Shown here piece by piece: positions 52,205 through 64,000 of a stretch of 64,000 nt of DNA. Under the pieces are notes generated by a model. It was given only the letters and a program-made list of their open reading frames with translations. It was not told the origin of the DNA and made no database searches. The DNA comes from Octopus bimaculoides (Eukaryota). Position numbers and translations under genes: made by a program. The stretch lies in assembly GCF_001194135.2 (NCBI RefSeq), contig NC_068988.1:68021014-68085013 (forward strand), read 5' to 3'. Within the stretch, counting starts at the first letter, position 1. Each line of letters opens with the position of its first letter.

Positions 52205-55040
52205 CAATGTTTTAATGCCTCCATACGGTAGTGTTTTTGGTGAAGAAGCGAGTTGGACAAAGTTGCTCTTCGTTGTGTCTCCTACCGCAATGTGGGCTCA
52301 TCTTGTGTTTTTTGAATGTTTTCACATCTACACCTTGCAGATCTCGTAGTTTCCTTGACAAGGTTTTAAATAATTGTGGTCCCCTGAAAACCAAGTTGTT
52401 GCAATACTTGTTTCTTATCTGAGATGAAGAAGACGATATTTCTGGTATTATGCAGCGCTGTCTATTTAGGTTGCTGGTATAGCTTTTAATTCCAAAGCTG
52501 GGAGCTAGGCCTTTCAAGAACATCCATATGTATATCAATACATACCTTTCTCGCCTTTTATTCAAGGATTAGAGCATCAGTTTTTGTAGCCTCTCCCAGT
52601 AGCTCCTCTGTTTCACTGAGTCAATCTTTTTTATGCAGTGGCGCTGGATTGCCTCAAGTTCCACCAACAGCTTGACTCTCTTCGGTGACCACAGTTGGAA
52701 GTCGTGATCCGGACGACTAAAGATAAATGTCCTCCATAGGAGTGGCAAGGTATCCTTATTTCTAGTTCTGAATAATCCACGGATCTATCTAGGTACGTGC
52801 CTGCAAAATGTTGCCATTCTTGCAATATTCACATGGAGTGCTGCATCAGTACTCATGTGGATTCCCAGGTCATGCACCAATTCTAACTCTGGAATAGCAT
52901 TGCCCCCTGGTCCTATGTATTCCGGTTATATTCTGTTTGTGAGCCGATAGCGATGTGAGCGAAACTTATCAGCATTGAACTACATGTTATTTTCATCAGC
53001 CTCTTTATATATAGTATGCAGTTCATTTTGAAGTTTCACTATGTCATCATAGTTCTTCACTGCCTGATACACTTTTGTACCACCGGTGTAGTTTGTGAGA
53101 GTGGCTGATTGTACGATGGCATATCTGAGAGAGCCACTAAAATAGTAGTGGTCCCAGTACAGTCGGCTCAGGAACTCGACTGCAGATTGATGTTATCCAA
53201 GAGAGAGCAACATTGGCTGCAACTGATCTTTTAAAAGTCGTGCAGCCACTCTCCCAGTTTTCCAGTGATAACAAGTTTGTGACATATCATCCCATGATCA
53301 ACTTTGTCAAAGGTCTTGGTAAAGTCGAGAGATATCACAACTACGCTTGACTGGTTGAGCTGGTATTGCAGTACCCAATCATATTGTTGTAGCTATGTGG
53401 TGCAGCTCATCTCACAAGGAAAACCATGTGCGCTTGTAAGCAAGTTATTCTCTTCCAAGAACGTGATCAGTCTCCTCCTGATAATGTGTTCCATAACTTT
53501 ACCAAAATGTGAAGTCAGAGAGATAGGCTTGTAATTCTAGTGTCTGCTCTACTTCCTCCTTTATGGGTAGGACATATGATACCCTCTTTTAATAGTTTGG
53601 GAAATTTTCCAAAAGTATCTGCTCTTTTTGTCTGAAAAAGTATCTGCTCTTTTTGTCTGAAAAAGTATCTGCTCTTTTTGTCTGAAAAAGTATCTGCTCT
53701 TTTTGTCTGAAAAAATATCTGCTCTTTTTGTCGATATTCGATGGTTGTCTTTTCCCCCATGTAAGTCTGCAGTGTTGAAACACTCTTTAGGCTCACTCAC
53801 TTGCCAGTTTTCCAGTGGAAATGTCAAGACAATTGGGAATTCCTTATTTAGTATTTCACCCATCCTCTCGAGGTCCGCACTTGAAAAACTGGCTCCATCT
53901 TATAGTGCACTGATACAAAATCTTTCGCGAAATTGTAGAAAATTTTGGGCATATTCTTATATTCTCTACTACCTTGGCTTCTCTTTCTACCATTTTGTTT
54001 TTCATAGGAGAGTTTGAGTTATTTTCGATCTCTAAAATTCTCTCTTCTGGGAGGCATTTCTCGCTGTCAATAAGTTTATTTAAGCCATTGGAGATCTTTA
54101 TATTCTTTCTCATAAGGAGTCTCATGCCCTGTGGAATTATGTTTTTGTATGTGTCTGATCTCTTCTTTGAGACAAATTTAATACATATGGCTTGCATAAT
54201 TGACATGAAATCTTTAAGTTTCATGTTAATGCCTTGCATAGAGAGACGTTTGGGTCGAGTTTGCTGGATATTTCGTTTTTCAATTGACTTTTACTCAGCC
54301 TTATGAAAGTTCAGATTAGACAAAGTTTGGGTGCCGTCTGTGTGGAATACATCAGTAATTGGTTTGGGACCATACATCGTCAGTTCTACCATGCTGTGGT
54401 CTGAGAAGATTCTCAGTGTTATATTTACGTTGTGGAGAAGATCTACATCGTTGCTGAAACATAGATCTAATAGATTAACATTCATGGTTAGAGAGCCTAT
54501 TGATTGCTCCGTGAACTGCATTTTTTTAGGTAATGTAGACATTCTCCTTCGCTATGCTCTTTGCACATCATTCCTGAGATTATGTTGTCTTCGGGCCATT
54601 TGATCTTGGGGAGGTTGAAGTTACCCATCAAAAGTATATTAACACTTTGATCCAATTGTGTTAGTACATTATTTTATAATTGTAAGACTTTCCTCAAATA
54701 TACCCCCATGATTTGAAGCATCGGGTTGGCGATACAGTGTACATATTATTACACCATGTTGTCTTAAATGCCCTACTAGTGTATCAAAGACCGAGTTGCA
54801 ACAGAGTTGTGCGAAATTTTCAAGGATGTTCAAAGTAATGCCACAGTGACTTCTTCCGCTTCTGTCTGCACGCAACACAGCATACATATATATGTGTATG
54901 TATGCGTCATTTATATCTGCAGAGATATGTTTCTCTGTAGGTCCAATTCATAGCGATCCAGTGCATGCAGAAAGATCTTCCATGTATGCAATTTATTGAT
55001 TGCTGTTGCTTTGTAGGAGGCGTGTAATATTTATTAAAAG
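52205..55040 (-). mobile_element. CR1-clade-like LINE: near-complete but heavily disrupted ORF2 (APE endonuclease and RT)
   Basis: In order: IGPTEKHISADI, ICTLYRQPD, LLMGNFNLPKIKW, LLDLCFSND..FSDH, PTHKGGSRAD..NYKPISLTSHFGKVME, LDFTKTFDKVDH, TVLGPLLF, DTKVYQAV..FNADKF; many stops and frameshifts. Confidence 0.85.
53610..53732. repeat. 25-bp tandem repeat x5 inside the LINE
   Basis: Unit AAAAAGTATCTGCTCTTTTTGTCTG with exact 25-bp periodicity (53615, 53640, 53665, 53690, 53715). Confidence 0.95.
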
Positions 55041-55824
55041 AGTTGGTGTGATTGTGTGTGAGTGTATATATATATATATATATNNNNNNNNNNNNNNNNN
55101 NNNNNNNNNNNNNNNNNNNNNNNNNNNNNNNNNNNNNNNNNNNNNNNNNNNNNNNATATAGATAGAGAGAGAGAGAGGGTGAGAGGGGGGAGAAAGAGAG
55201 CGAGAGTTTTTGAAAAGATTTACAGATATTGTATATTTAGAATAATAAGGTAGTCAGAATATTGGATCATTATATATATTATTTTATTTACATTTCGTTT
55301 ACAATTGCAGAGCTTTCTTCCGTTTTGGGATTTATCAAAAGGTAGTTTAAAGCTGAATTTCTTGGCCTTTTTATATATAAAAACATTTTCTAGGCTTTGC
55401 CAAACAAGATAGAAGAAAGAAGAAAATGTTTTGAGAACGAGTGTGAGGTAAAGAGGCGTGGCTTTTGTATTGGTACGGTCAGTACCTGTTCTCTCAATTA
55501 AAACCTTGACCAATTCAAATACAATAATTATTTGTCCTTCCCCATCTTGAAATGTCACTAAGTACTAAACAACAAGTCTGACCTTACCAATACAAAAGAC
55601 ACGCTTCTTTACCTCACCCTCGTTCTCAAAAATATTTGTCTTCGTTCTTCTCCTTTCCTTGACAAACCCATCAGAATCTGTAATATATAAAATAGTCAAG
55701 AAATCTAACTTTAAACCACTTTTTGGTAAATCCGATAACGGAAGAAAGCACTAAAAATGTAAATAATTCGTAAATAAAAGTTATATATATATAATACTCC
55801 AACATTTCGAGTACCTTATTATTC

Positions 55825-55865
<41 letters not shown>

Positions 55866-55883
55866 GCACAAATACTTATGCAG

Positions 55884-56187
55884 ACTTTAGGTTAGTTAAA
55901 ATATGTTTAAAGGTAAATTCACTTCAGTTAGCGTGGGGGAAAAGTTCTCACTTATGGAGAAGGTAGTACAAACACAATATCTAACAATTGCTGTCGCCTG
56001 TCGTATTCACAGACGCAAAGTTTTGGGGCCTGTTCCACCTTTAAATCTGATACAGGGCAACACTGGGAAGATATGATGTTTTTTATACCATTTTTTGCAT
56101 AAGAGAAATTTTATTCTGACGGTAACTGCAGTGAGTTTGCTTTAGAAGTTGAAATATGCCATAAGCATATTTAAACTAACCTAAAGT
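55884..56187. mobile_element. Possible MITE-like element of about 300 bp
   Basis: ACTTTAGGTTAGTTAAAATATG at the left and CATATTTAAACTAACCTAAAGT at the right; a further inner inverted match AAATTCACTTCAGTTAGCG / CGGTAACTGCAGTGAGTTT. Confidence 0.55.
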
Positions 56188-56759
56188 TCGCTTATCCCTA
56201 AACACTGCTTAGCTCTGATACTGCTCAATATATATATAATTTCATGAACGGGTATTGATTTTTCCGTAAACTAATTACTAAATCTTATAAGTTACACCTT
56301 AGTAATAATTTTTCTGTTGACGTCAACCACATTATAGATCGACAAATTGGTGGTATTGATTAAAACTCGCTTCTTTACTTTACTGCTATTTCCGACATAA
56401 GTAACATAGCAAAGTATCTTTAGAATAATACTTTATATCGTATTATTTACAGTGAACTGATCACACGATGCATTTGCTAGCAGAATTTGCCGGCAGATAA
56501 TGCTATTTTCTTCTTGTATGTGTGCCGGATGCACTGGACAGATTTTTTTCCTCTCATATATAAATGATTAGTTATGTTAAAATAGTATTGTATTTTGAAT
56601 GGATTCAGAAGTTTTCTGATACAATATCAAAGCAGAGGCAAACTCCGTGCCTGACTTAACTCGCAACACATGGGGTGGTGCAATGATAAATTCTTGAATA
56701 CGTCTGTAACACCTGATACAAATTTACACATACATACATGCATAAATGCATAGCAACAA

Positions 56760-57045
<286 letters not shown>

Positions 57046-57863
57046 CACTATTCTATTAACACTCTATTAATATTCTGTTAATCTTAAATGTTTGCTCTCT
57101 CCGGTCTCTATTTTTCACCCTTCGGTAATAATTCATCGGAAGAAAACAAGGAGAAAAACTTTCCCTTTTCTTCTTTCTCCCTTTCCTCTCTCTTTCCCCT
57201 TGCTCCCTCTCATTTCCGTTATAAGGCAGCCTCCAGCGAACAGAACACCTATACGAGACTCTGGATAAGTTCCAGCTGCTTTTCCGTTGAAAATGATAGT
57301 GAAGCATCATGTGAAGGTGAAACTGATAGGATGGAGGTGTAAAATAGTCTCAAAAGATAAAGGAAAAGATAACACAGCCAGAAATTCATAATTTGCACCC
57401 GCAGAGCACACACTAAGACCTGCCTTGACCTGTAGCGAAAACAAGTAAATGTGACTAAATAGAAGGCGGTAACGCAAGGCAAATACGCAGTAAAAATAGA
57501 AAGAAAGCAAATAGTAATAACATGCAAGCTATTTTTAAGGACCATGTAAGAGATTGTTTTCTCTTTCTGCCTCCCCCATTCATCCTTTCACAACCATAAT
57601 AAAAAAAAAATCAATCATCTTTACTTTTAATTTCAACTCTTAAATAACTTTAGATGGATTAGCTTTAAAAGCTTCAGTTAAGTGTGCTGGTGATCCTCAA
57701 CGAAAGTGAAATGGAACCATAGACGACTAATCTGTTAATAACAAATAAATCTTATGAGAAAGCAGGTATGCTCTTTGCTCGCTCCAGGTTTCACCCCCTG
57801 ATAAGATTTTCTCGACAGAAAAAAAAAAAAGAACTTAGAAATAATTCTCTCCCCTTAAGCACA

Positions 57864-58345
57864 TACGTAGTCTGATCAATAACCATCCGGACTGTTCCTA
57901 TAGTAATGAAGCTACAGAACGCAGAGTAAAGCCGCTTGGCATAAATTTACCTTGAATTCTGCTGTTTACAATAGTCCTTGGAATGAAGATGTGTAGCATG
58001 TGATCGTCGCATTGACTACGACAGAGTAAGTTGAGCAGAGAACCTGCATCAAATTTCGCCAAAAGCTTCGTGATACCTGCTCAGAGGTCTACGCAACTTT
58101 TTCAAAATGTTTTCATCGTTCTCGATACAATCAAAGAAATCTTGTGCTAGTGAATCGCGAGTGTCTTTTTGGTCAGCTGAAAGCAGTATGGGCACAAACT
58201 TGACAGACACGCGTCTCATGCACACATCTTCAGTGATGATGGAGTCAACTGAACCGCAATTAATCTGCACATCCTCTGATAACTCACGAATGTTAATTCG
58301 ACGATTTCCTCTCAAAGCTGCACGCACATCTGCAATGTTTTTCTC
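57864..58345. mobile_element. Rearranged mariner relic: 5' TIR and N-terminus on +, following internal segment inverted on -
   Basis: TA|CGTAGTCTGATCAATAACCATCCGGACTG, then TE*VEQRTCIKFRQKLRDTCSEVYA on +; EKNIADVRAALRGNRRINIRELSED..MRRVSVKFVPILLSADQK on - at about 58098-58345. Confidence 0.85.
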
Positions 58346-58469
58346 TTATTTTCTTACATTTCCACACACAACTCACATACACGCACGCACGCGCGCGCGC
58401 ACACACGCACACACACACACACACACACATACACATACACACACACACATAAAACATGAGCAGGTTTTT

Positions 58470-58638
58470 ATTCTTTTCATATTTTGGCATAAGGCCAGGA
58501 ATTTTAGGTGATGGGGAAGTCGCCTACATTGACCCCCAATGATAGACTGAGACTTATTTTATCGACCTCAAAAGGATGAAAGACAAATTCAACCTCGGTG
58601 TTATTTCAGCTCAAAACACACAGACGGACGAAATGCCA
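58470..58638 (-). mobile_element. 5'-truncated SINE family A
   Basis: TTTATCGACCTCAAAAGGATGAAAGACAAATTCAACCTCGG...GACGGACGAAATGCC. Confidence 0.75.
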
Positions 58639-59390
58639 ATATTGTAAATTACAATGTAAGAACTTTTAAAGTAAATGACAAAGTGAATACTGTTCATAGC
58701 ATCATTTACACGACACAGAACTGAAATACGTTCCGGCAATTTATACACGATTACACTATTAAGTATGTGATTACATTGGTTTGTCTGTGCAACTCATAAC
58801 TCATAGCTGCTAATGTACTGTTTAAATCTCCAATCTATGTGTAAATAGTTTTCTATCCATAACAAATTAGTTGACGTTTAACCTTCTAATATATCTGACC
58901 TTTGATCTCACATATAGCACGCATAAAATCAATTAAACATTATAAATTTTGATTTCATTGAAATTTACTCTAAGACAGTGTAAACTAGAAATAAAGTGTA
59001 GGAATGATTATATATATATATATCTCAGAATTATAAACAGCTAGGATGAAGGGAACTATTTTTCCAGTAGGAATCAAAATAGGGTTCCCTAGTGGCTTCA
59101 TCAAAATTTTGTCTCTTTTTTTATTGCTTCAAGACTTGGATGACTGATTCAATATTATAGAGCATAAATTCAATTATTTAGGAAGAAAATATTCAACTCC
59201 TCAATTATTCTAAAGTATTACAAGTAGAAGAACATTGTCAATACCTCACGAAAGTTTGGAGACAAGTTTGAAATTACGTGCAAATGGAGATTCAGCGGTC
59301 AGATATTAAATACAGAAAGGTATGTGATTATTAATGATTACTCACTCTTATTAGAATGACAAATGTCATGAAATCCCTTAACAATTTCAT

Positions 59391-59897
59391 CAGAAAAAGT
59401 GCAGAAATTATAGAACAGGAGAAGGCGCTGCATGGTAGATTCCTAATTCCTAAAGATAGTCTCAGCAAATAGTAGAGTGAGACATACATATATACATATA
59501 TACATACATATATGCATACATACATACATATATACATACATATATGCATACATACATACATATATACATACATATANNNNNNNNNNNNNNNNNNNNNNNN
59601 NNNNNNNNNNNNNNNNNNNNNNNNNNNNNNNNNNNNNNNNNNNNNNNNNNNNNNNNNNNNNNNNNNNNNNNNNNNNNNNNNNNNNNNNNNNNNNNNNNNN
59701 NNNNNNNNNNNNNNNNNNNNNNNNNNNNNNNNNNNNNNNNNNNNNNNNNNNNNNNNNNNNNNNTGTATGTATATATGTATGTATATATGTATGTATATAT
59801 GTATGTCCCGCTACTACTATTTGCTGAAACTACTTTTAGGATCTCTACCATGCAACGCCTTCTCCTGTCAGTTATATAATTTCTGCACTTTTTTCTG
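59391..59897. repeat. Inverted repeat: arms of about 95 bp plus mirrored (TACA)n/(TGTA)n tracts around a gap
   Basis: AGAAAAAGTGCAGAAATTATA..CAGGAGAAGGCGCTGCATGGTAGA..CAGCAAATAGTAG on the left; its diverged reverse complement at 59801-59897. Confidence 0.85.
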
Positions 59898-61929
59898 GTT
59901 CTTAAGTTCGTTTAGGGTTTTGGTTTCCCTTTGTCTTGATCTGTCTCTAGCAGGTTTTAATAACCCTTCTTCACATTAAATTCGTCAACGCCGACCGGCA
60001 AATCCCATAACCAATCTGCACATCATTCTATCCGTTATCATTCCGTATTGGTTAGGGAGTATGAAATGATATGATGTTATTTAATTTCCTCAGTTAATAT
60101 AGGAAAACTTAAGGAACACTTGGTTGCTATTTCTATCAGGCCGAGGGTCTGTGTGGAGACTCTTTCCTAGATTCTTAATTTTTGACGTATGTGTATAAGA
60201 TGATTACCTTGACAAGTAATGTTCAATGACATTTTCAGGCTCTTTGGTTATATTCTTAATACAAAAGCTGATCAGTAACAGTTCTTGCAGTTCTCTTTAA
60301 GATATGATCACTAGAGATAACTGCTGTTTAAGATGAATTAGTTATTATCAAGTATTTTGTTTTTCACCTGCTTGTTTAGATAAATATTTACTAAAGAAAT
60401 ACGACTTAACACTGTTTGTATGGTAATGCTCACAATCTTAGTTTTTTTTAAAGAAAAAGTACAACAAAAACAACATAGTGTCAAAGTTTCATTTGATTTG
60501 AGAGTTTGAATATTTAGATGACAACCATATCAATTATATGAAAAAGAATGCTTGTATCTTTGAGAACTGAACTCATCCATTCAGTATTCTAGACAGTGAT
60601 TTTTCTTACAAATTTATTTAAGAGAAGCATTCAGTACAGGATAGTTGACAACAATCACCTGCAATTAATGTTTGGCTTTGATCTAATTTAACTTTACCGT
60701 CACTGGTCATGCTTCCCCTCCACGTAAGAAGAGTATATCAATAGAGTAGGCAGTGAAAAGGCTACAGCATACCCAGACCAGCACGTTATATTGCATACAA
60801 TTCATCATTAAATGTCACAGTGGGCAGTATGGTTCTCAACTGGACAAAGGTATCTTATAAATGGAATGAAAGATATGTCAGTCACACCAAACCATACGGT
60901 TGACACCTTACGTGCTGCAACCGACTTCATCAACATTCACCTCGACCAACAAAGCAACAGTAACAACAGCAACAACGATAACAAAACCAGTCCAACATTT
61001 CATTTGTTCAGAGTCTCTAATTTGTAAGTGAATTAATGAAAGTTGACTGATTTTTCACATTCTTCAACTCAATATTGATTAGAACATCAAATAGAAACGT
61101 AATACATGGTATGATGAGAATAACTAAAGGTCAATTATATTTTTCTGCAACCTACAGCTTATATTCTTTTGAAATTTAGCAAACGTATTCTGCAACATTC
61201 TCATAAAACGGAAATATCATTTCAGTAAGAAGTATATGAGAGAAACTAGGACAAAGAGTAACATTGCGAATCGCTGAAGGTAAATAGAAACTAATTCATT
61301 TTTTTTTTTTTCATTTTTGATTACTCTGTTGGGGAGAAATCGAAGTTTCTATGTTGGCTATATATTAGTGACAGCTGAATGGAGACAGCAAAGCAGTTCT
61401 TAACTAATTAATTCCCCACTCTCACCTCGTTCATTTTCTTTGTCGTTCTCGATGCCTAATCCGTTGAATACACATATGTACGTTGAATCTAGTATCCAGG
61501 ATAGCTACGTTAACTTAATATTTCTGGTTGAATGTTATATCTAACTATTGGCAGTCATTACGAAATCATTGGATGAAAGTTTCTTGGTGGAAGTAATGAA
61601 CGTTTCGGTTTTTACTATACAAAAGTGTCTTTTGCAGAAATGTATCGTTCTTCTTTGGACCAAAGTATATTAATAAGCCATGAAGTTCCTACAACTATGA
61701 TTGTTATTGTATAAAAGTGTATCACTGTAATCTATATTTGATCTCTGCAAATCAATATTACGAATTTATAATAATATAAAATCTAAATAGGCTATTTCAC
61801 ATGAAATATCGCACTTTTAATTACTTGTTTCAGTCATTTAAAAACTCAATAATGTATACTTTACAGTTAATTTTGACTCTTTTCTTTTCCAACAATATTG
61901 GTATACAAAATTCGTAGCCACAGATCTTA

Positions 61930-63035
61930 TGAAAATGATAACAAACAAATTATGTTGAGTGATTTTCTCGTATGAGTAGAAACTGGATCACTCTGACGTA
62001 GAAGCTTATGGAAAATCAAGCGGGCCTTTGATAATGGTTTTGTTGACATCATTACTGTTCAGAGATGGTTCCAAAGCTCTCGTTCAGAAAATGATAGCCT
62101 TGAAAATAAACCAAGGAGTAGGCCAAAATCAGTTATTCGGCATGATGGATTAAATGCTTTAGTTGAACAAAATCCGAGAGCAAAGGTTAGAAAACTTTCA
62201 TCAAAACTCCAGACATCACGCACTACTCTTTTTGGGCACCTGTAAAAAATCATAAAAGTCAAGAAATCAGATAGGCTTGTTCCGCATCAACTGAACGAGA
62301 TTTAAAAATAAACAAATGCCTCGAAGTGTGCTCCTTATTGCTTTCTCGACTGGAAAAAGACCATTTTTGCACCACATCGATACTTGTGATAAAGAACGGA
62401 TACTCTTTGACAACAACAAGAGAACAGGACAGTGATTAGATGCAGGAGAGTCGCCTAAACACTACCCAAAACCATCATTGCACTCCAAAAAGTTAGTGGC
62501 CACTATATGGTGGTCTGCGAATAGAGTTATTCATTATTCATTTTTGCAACAAGGAAAAAGGGTAACAGCAACATCTTATTGCCAGGAAATTGATTGTATG
62601 CATGAGGAATTGAAAAAGAAGCAGCCCAGACTAATGTATAGAGATGGCCCAATTTTGTTCCACGATAATGCACGTCTTCACACTCTTCAAGCTACTGTCC
62701 AAAAGTTGCAAAGCCTGAATTATGAGATTTTGCAACTACTTCCCTATTCCCCGGATATTTCTCCTACTGATCATCACTTATTTAAGCATTTTGAGCTTCT
62801 CATAAGCAATAAAATATTCTTAAATAGAGCAGAGGTATTTGAAGCATTCGGAGAGTTTATCACAGCAAAAGATGATTTAAAAAAAAAAAGATGGAATATA
62901 AAACATAGAGAAACGTGAGGAAAGCGTCATGAATTAACATGGATCATACTTTGATTTAATAAATCAGTTCTCTAACAGTTCTGAAACATTTTATTGTTAC
63001 CTTTCAAATACGACATTTAATGTAAAACAACCTAA
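61930..63035 (+). mobile_element. Mariner (DD34D, Hsmar1/cecropia-like) transposase pseudogene with right TIR
   Basis: TVQRWFQ..LVPHQL..HSKKLVATIWWSANRVIHYSFL..PILFHDNARLH..PYSPDISPTDHHLF; ends ...AAAACAACCTAA|TA; left TIR not found. Confidence 0.9.
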
Positions 63036-64000
63036 TATCATATGATTTCCTTAGTACTTAAATTAACCTATTTATAATAATACTGTCATGATTTAAACAT
63101 TGATTTATGAATATTGTTTCGTAATATTCTGAAGCAATTGATTATTAAAATCTATGGATTGACAGATTTATTGGAAGGAAAACAAACACAAGATTAGAGA
63201 AAAAGAAAATAATAACTACCTCTAGATCCAGGGACTATTTTTAATATGAATTTTCTTTTTATAAAATAAATCATTTATGAATTTATATCAGAAGTTACAA
63301 GAGTAAGATATTTAACTATAAATGTATTTTATATTCAGTACATTTTCTAATATCTAGATTTTATCACAACAATATTTACAGATTTTCGGTGTATCCTGAT
63401 ATCTTTTACTTTTAACTTGCATGGTTCAGATAACAATTACCCTTAAATAATTTTCTAATTTAATCAGGAAAACTATGACATTTTACATGTCACCACACGT
63501 ACGTCAGCATCAAGTATGGTTGTTGTTTTTCAAGTAATATGGCATTATAGCATCTGTTTAAGCGCCAGAGATAACAAAATTACCTTAGATACTTAAGAAA
63601 ATAAACTATAGATTGTAATACATATGGAGCTGATCATTACTTTTGAAAGTAGGACATCCGCAACGGTTCAGTATATGCAAATGTACTATCTGGAGCTATG
63701 TAGGATTGATATAATATCAGAAACTGCACAATATCTTCAGCTGTAAAGCACGTGGAGCTCTACAATATCAAGAGCATACAGTATGCTTGGGGCTCTAGAT
63801 TATTTCCAACTGAAGAATGCCATCTGAATGTACAATAACACTTGCTAGAATATTCAAAACACTAAGGTATTGCAACACATTATTTAGAGCAGCATATACT
63901 ATCTGGAATTGTATAATATCTGGAGTTGTATAACTGCAAATATGACAAGCAACATCAAATACAACAGTTGTGCCGGTACAGTACTTTGAGCTATAATCAG

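Overview
Eukaryotic, AT-rich, microsatellite-saturated intronic or intergenic DNA with about 20 N-gaps, nearly all bordered by simple repeats. The SINE families and repeat landscape look like an octopus (coleoid cephalopod) short-read assembly; this is my inference and was not database-checked. There is no intact long ORF, rRNA, tRNA gene or CRISPR array. Most ORF-track entries are microsatellite or gap artefacts. Recognisable content is decayed mobile DNA: several tRNA-derived SINE families, a full-length IR/DR-type Tc1 element, a DD37D (maT-like) deletion derivative, two mariner relics, a near-complete but broken CR1-type LINE ORF2, two R4/Dong-like (RLE) retrotransposon fragments and Penelope-like (GIY-YIG) fragments. 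The most notable unannotated signal is three minimal type I hammerhead-ribozyme motifs within 4 kb (29807-29885 +, 33165-33204 +, 33639-33686 -). Each has a palindromic helix III loop and different base-paired stems, and each carries one or two core deviations, so activity is unproven. There are also two long near-perfect hairpins, nested inverted repeats, a 288-bp tandem repeat and a low-confidence signal-peptide exon on the minus strand. Element boundaries were read by eye and are approximate unless TIRs are quoted.
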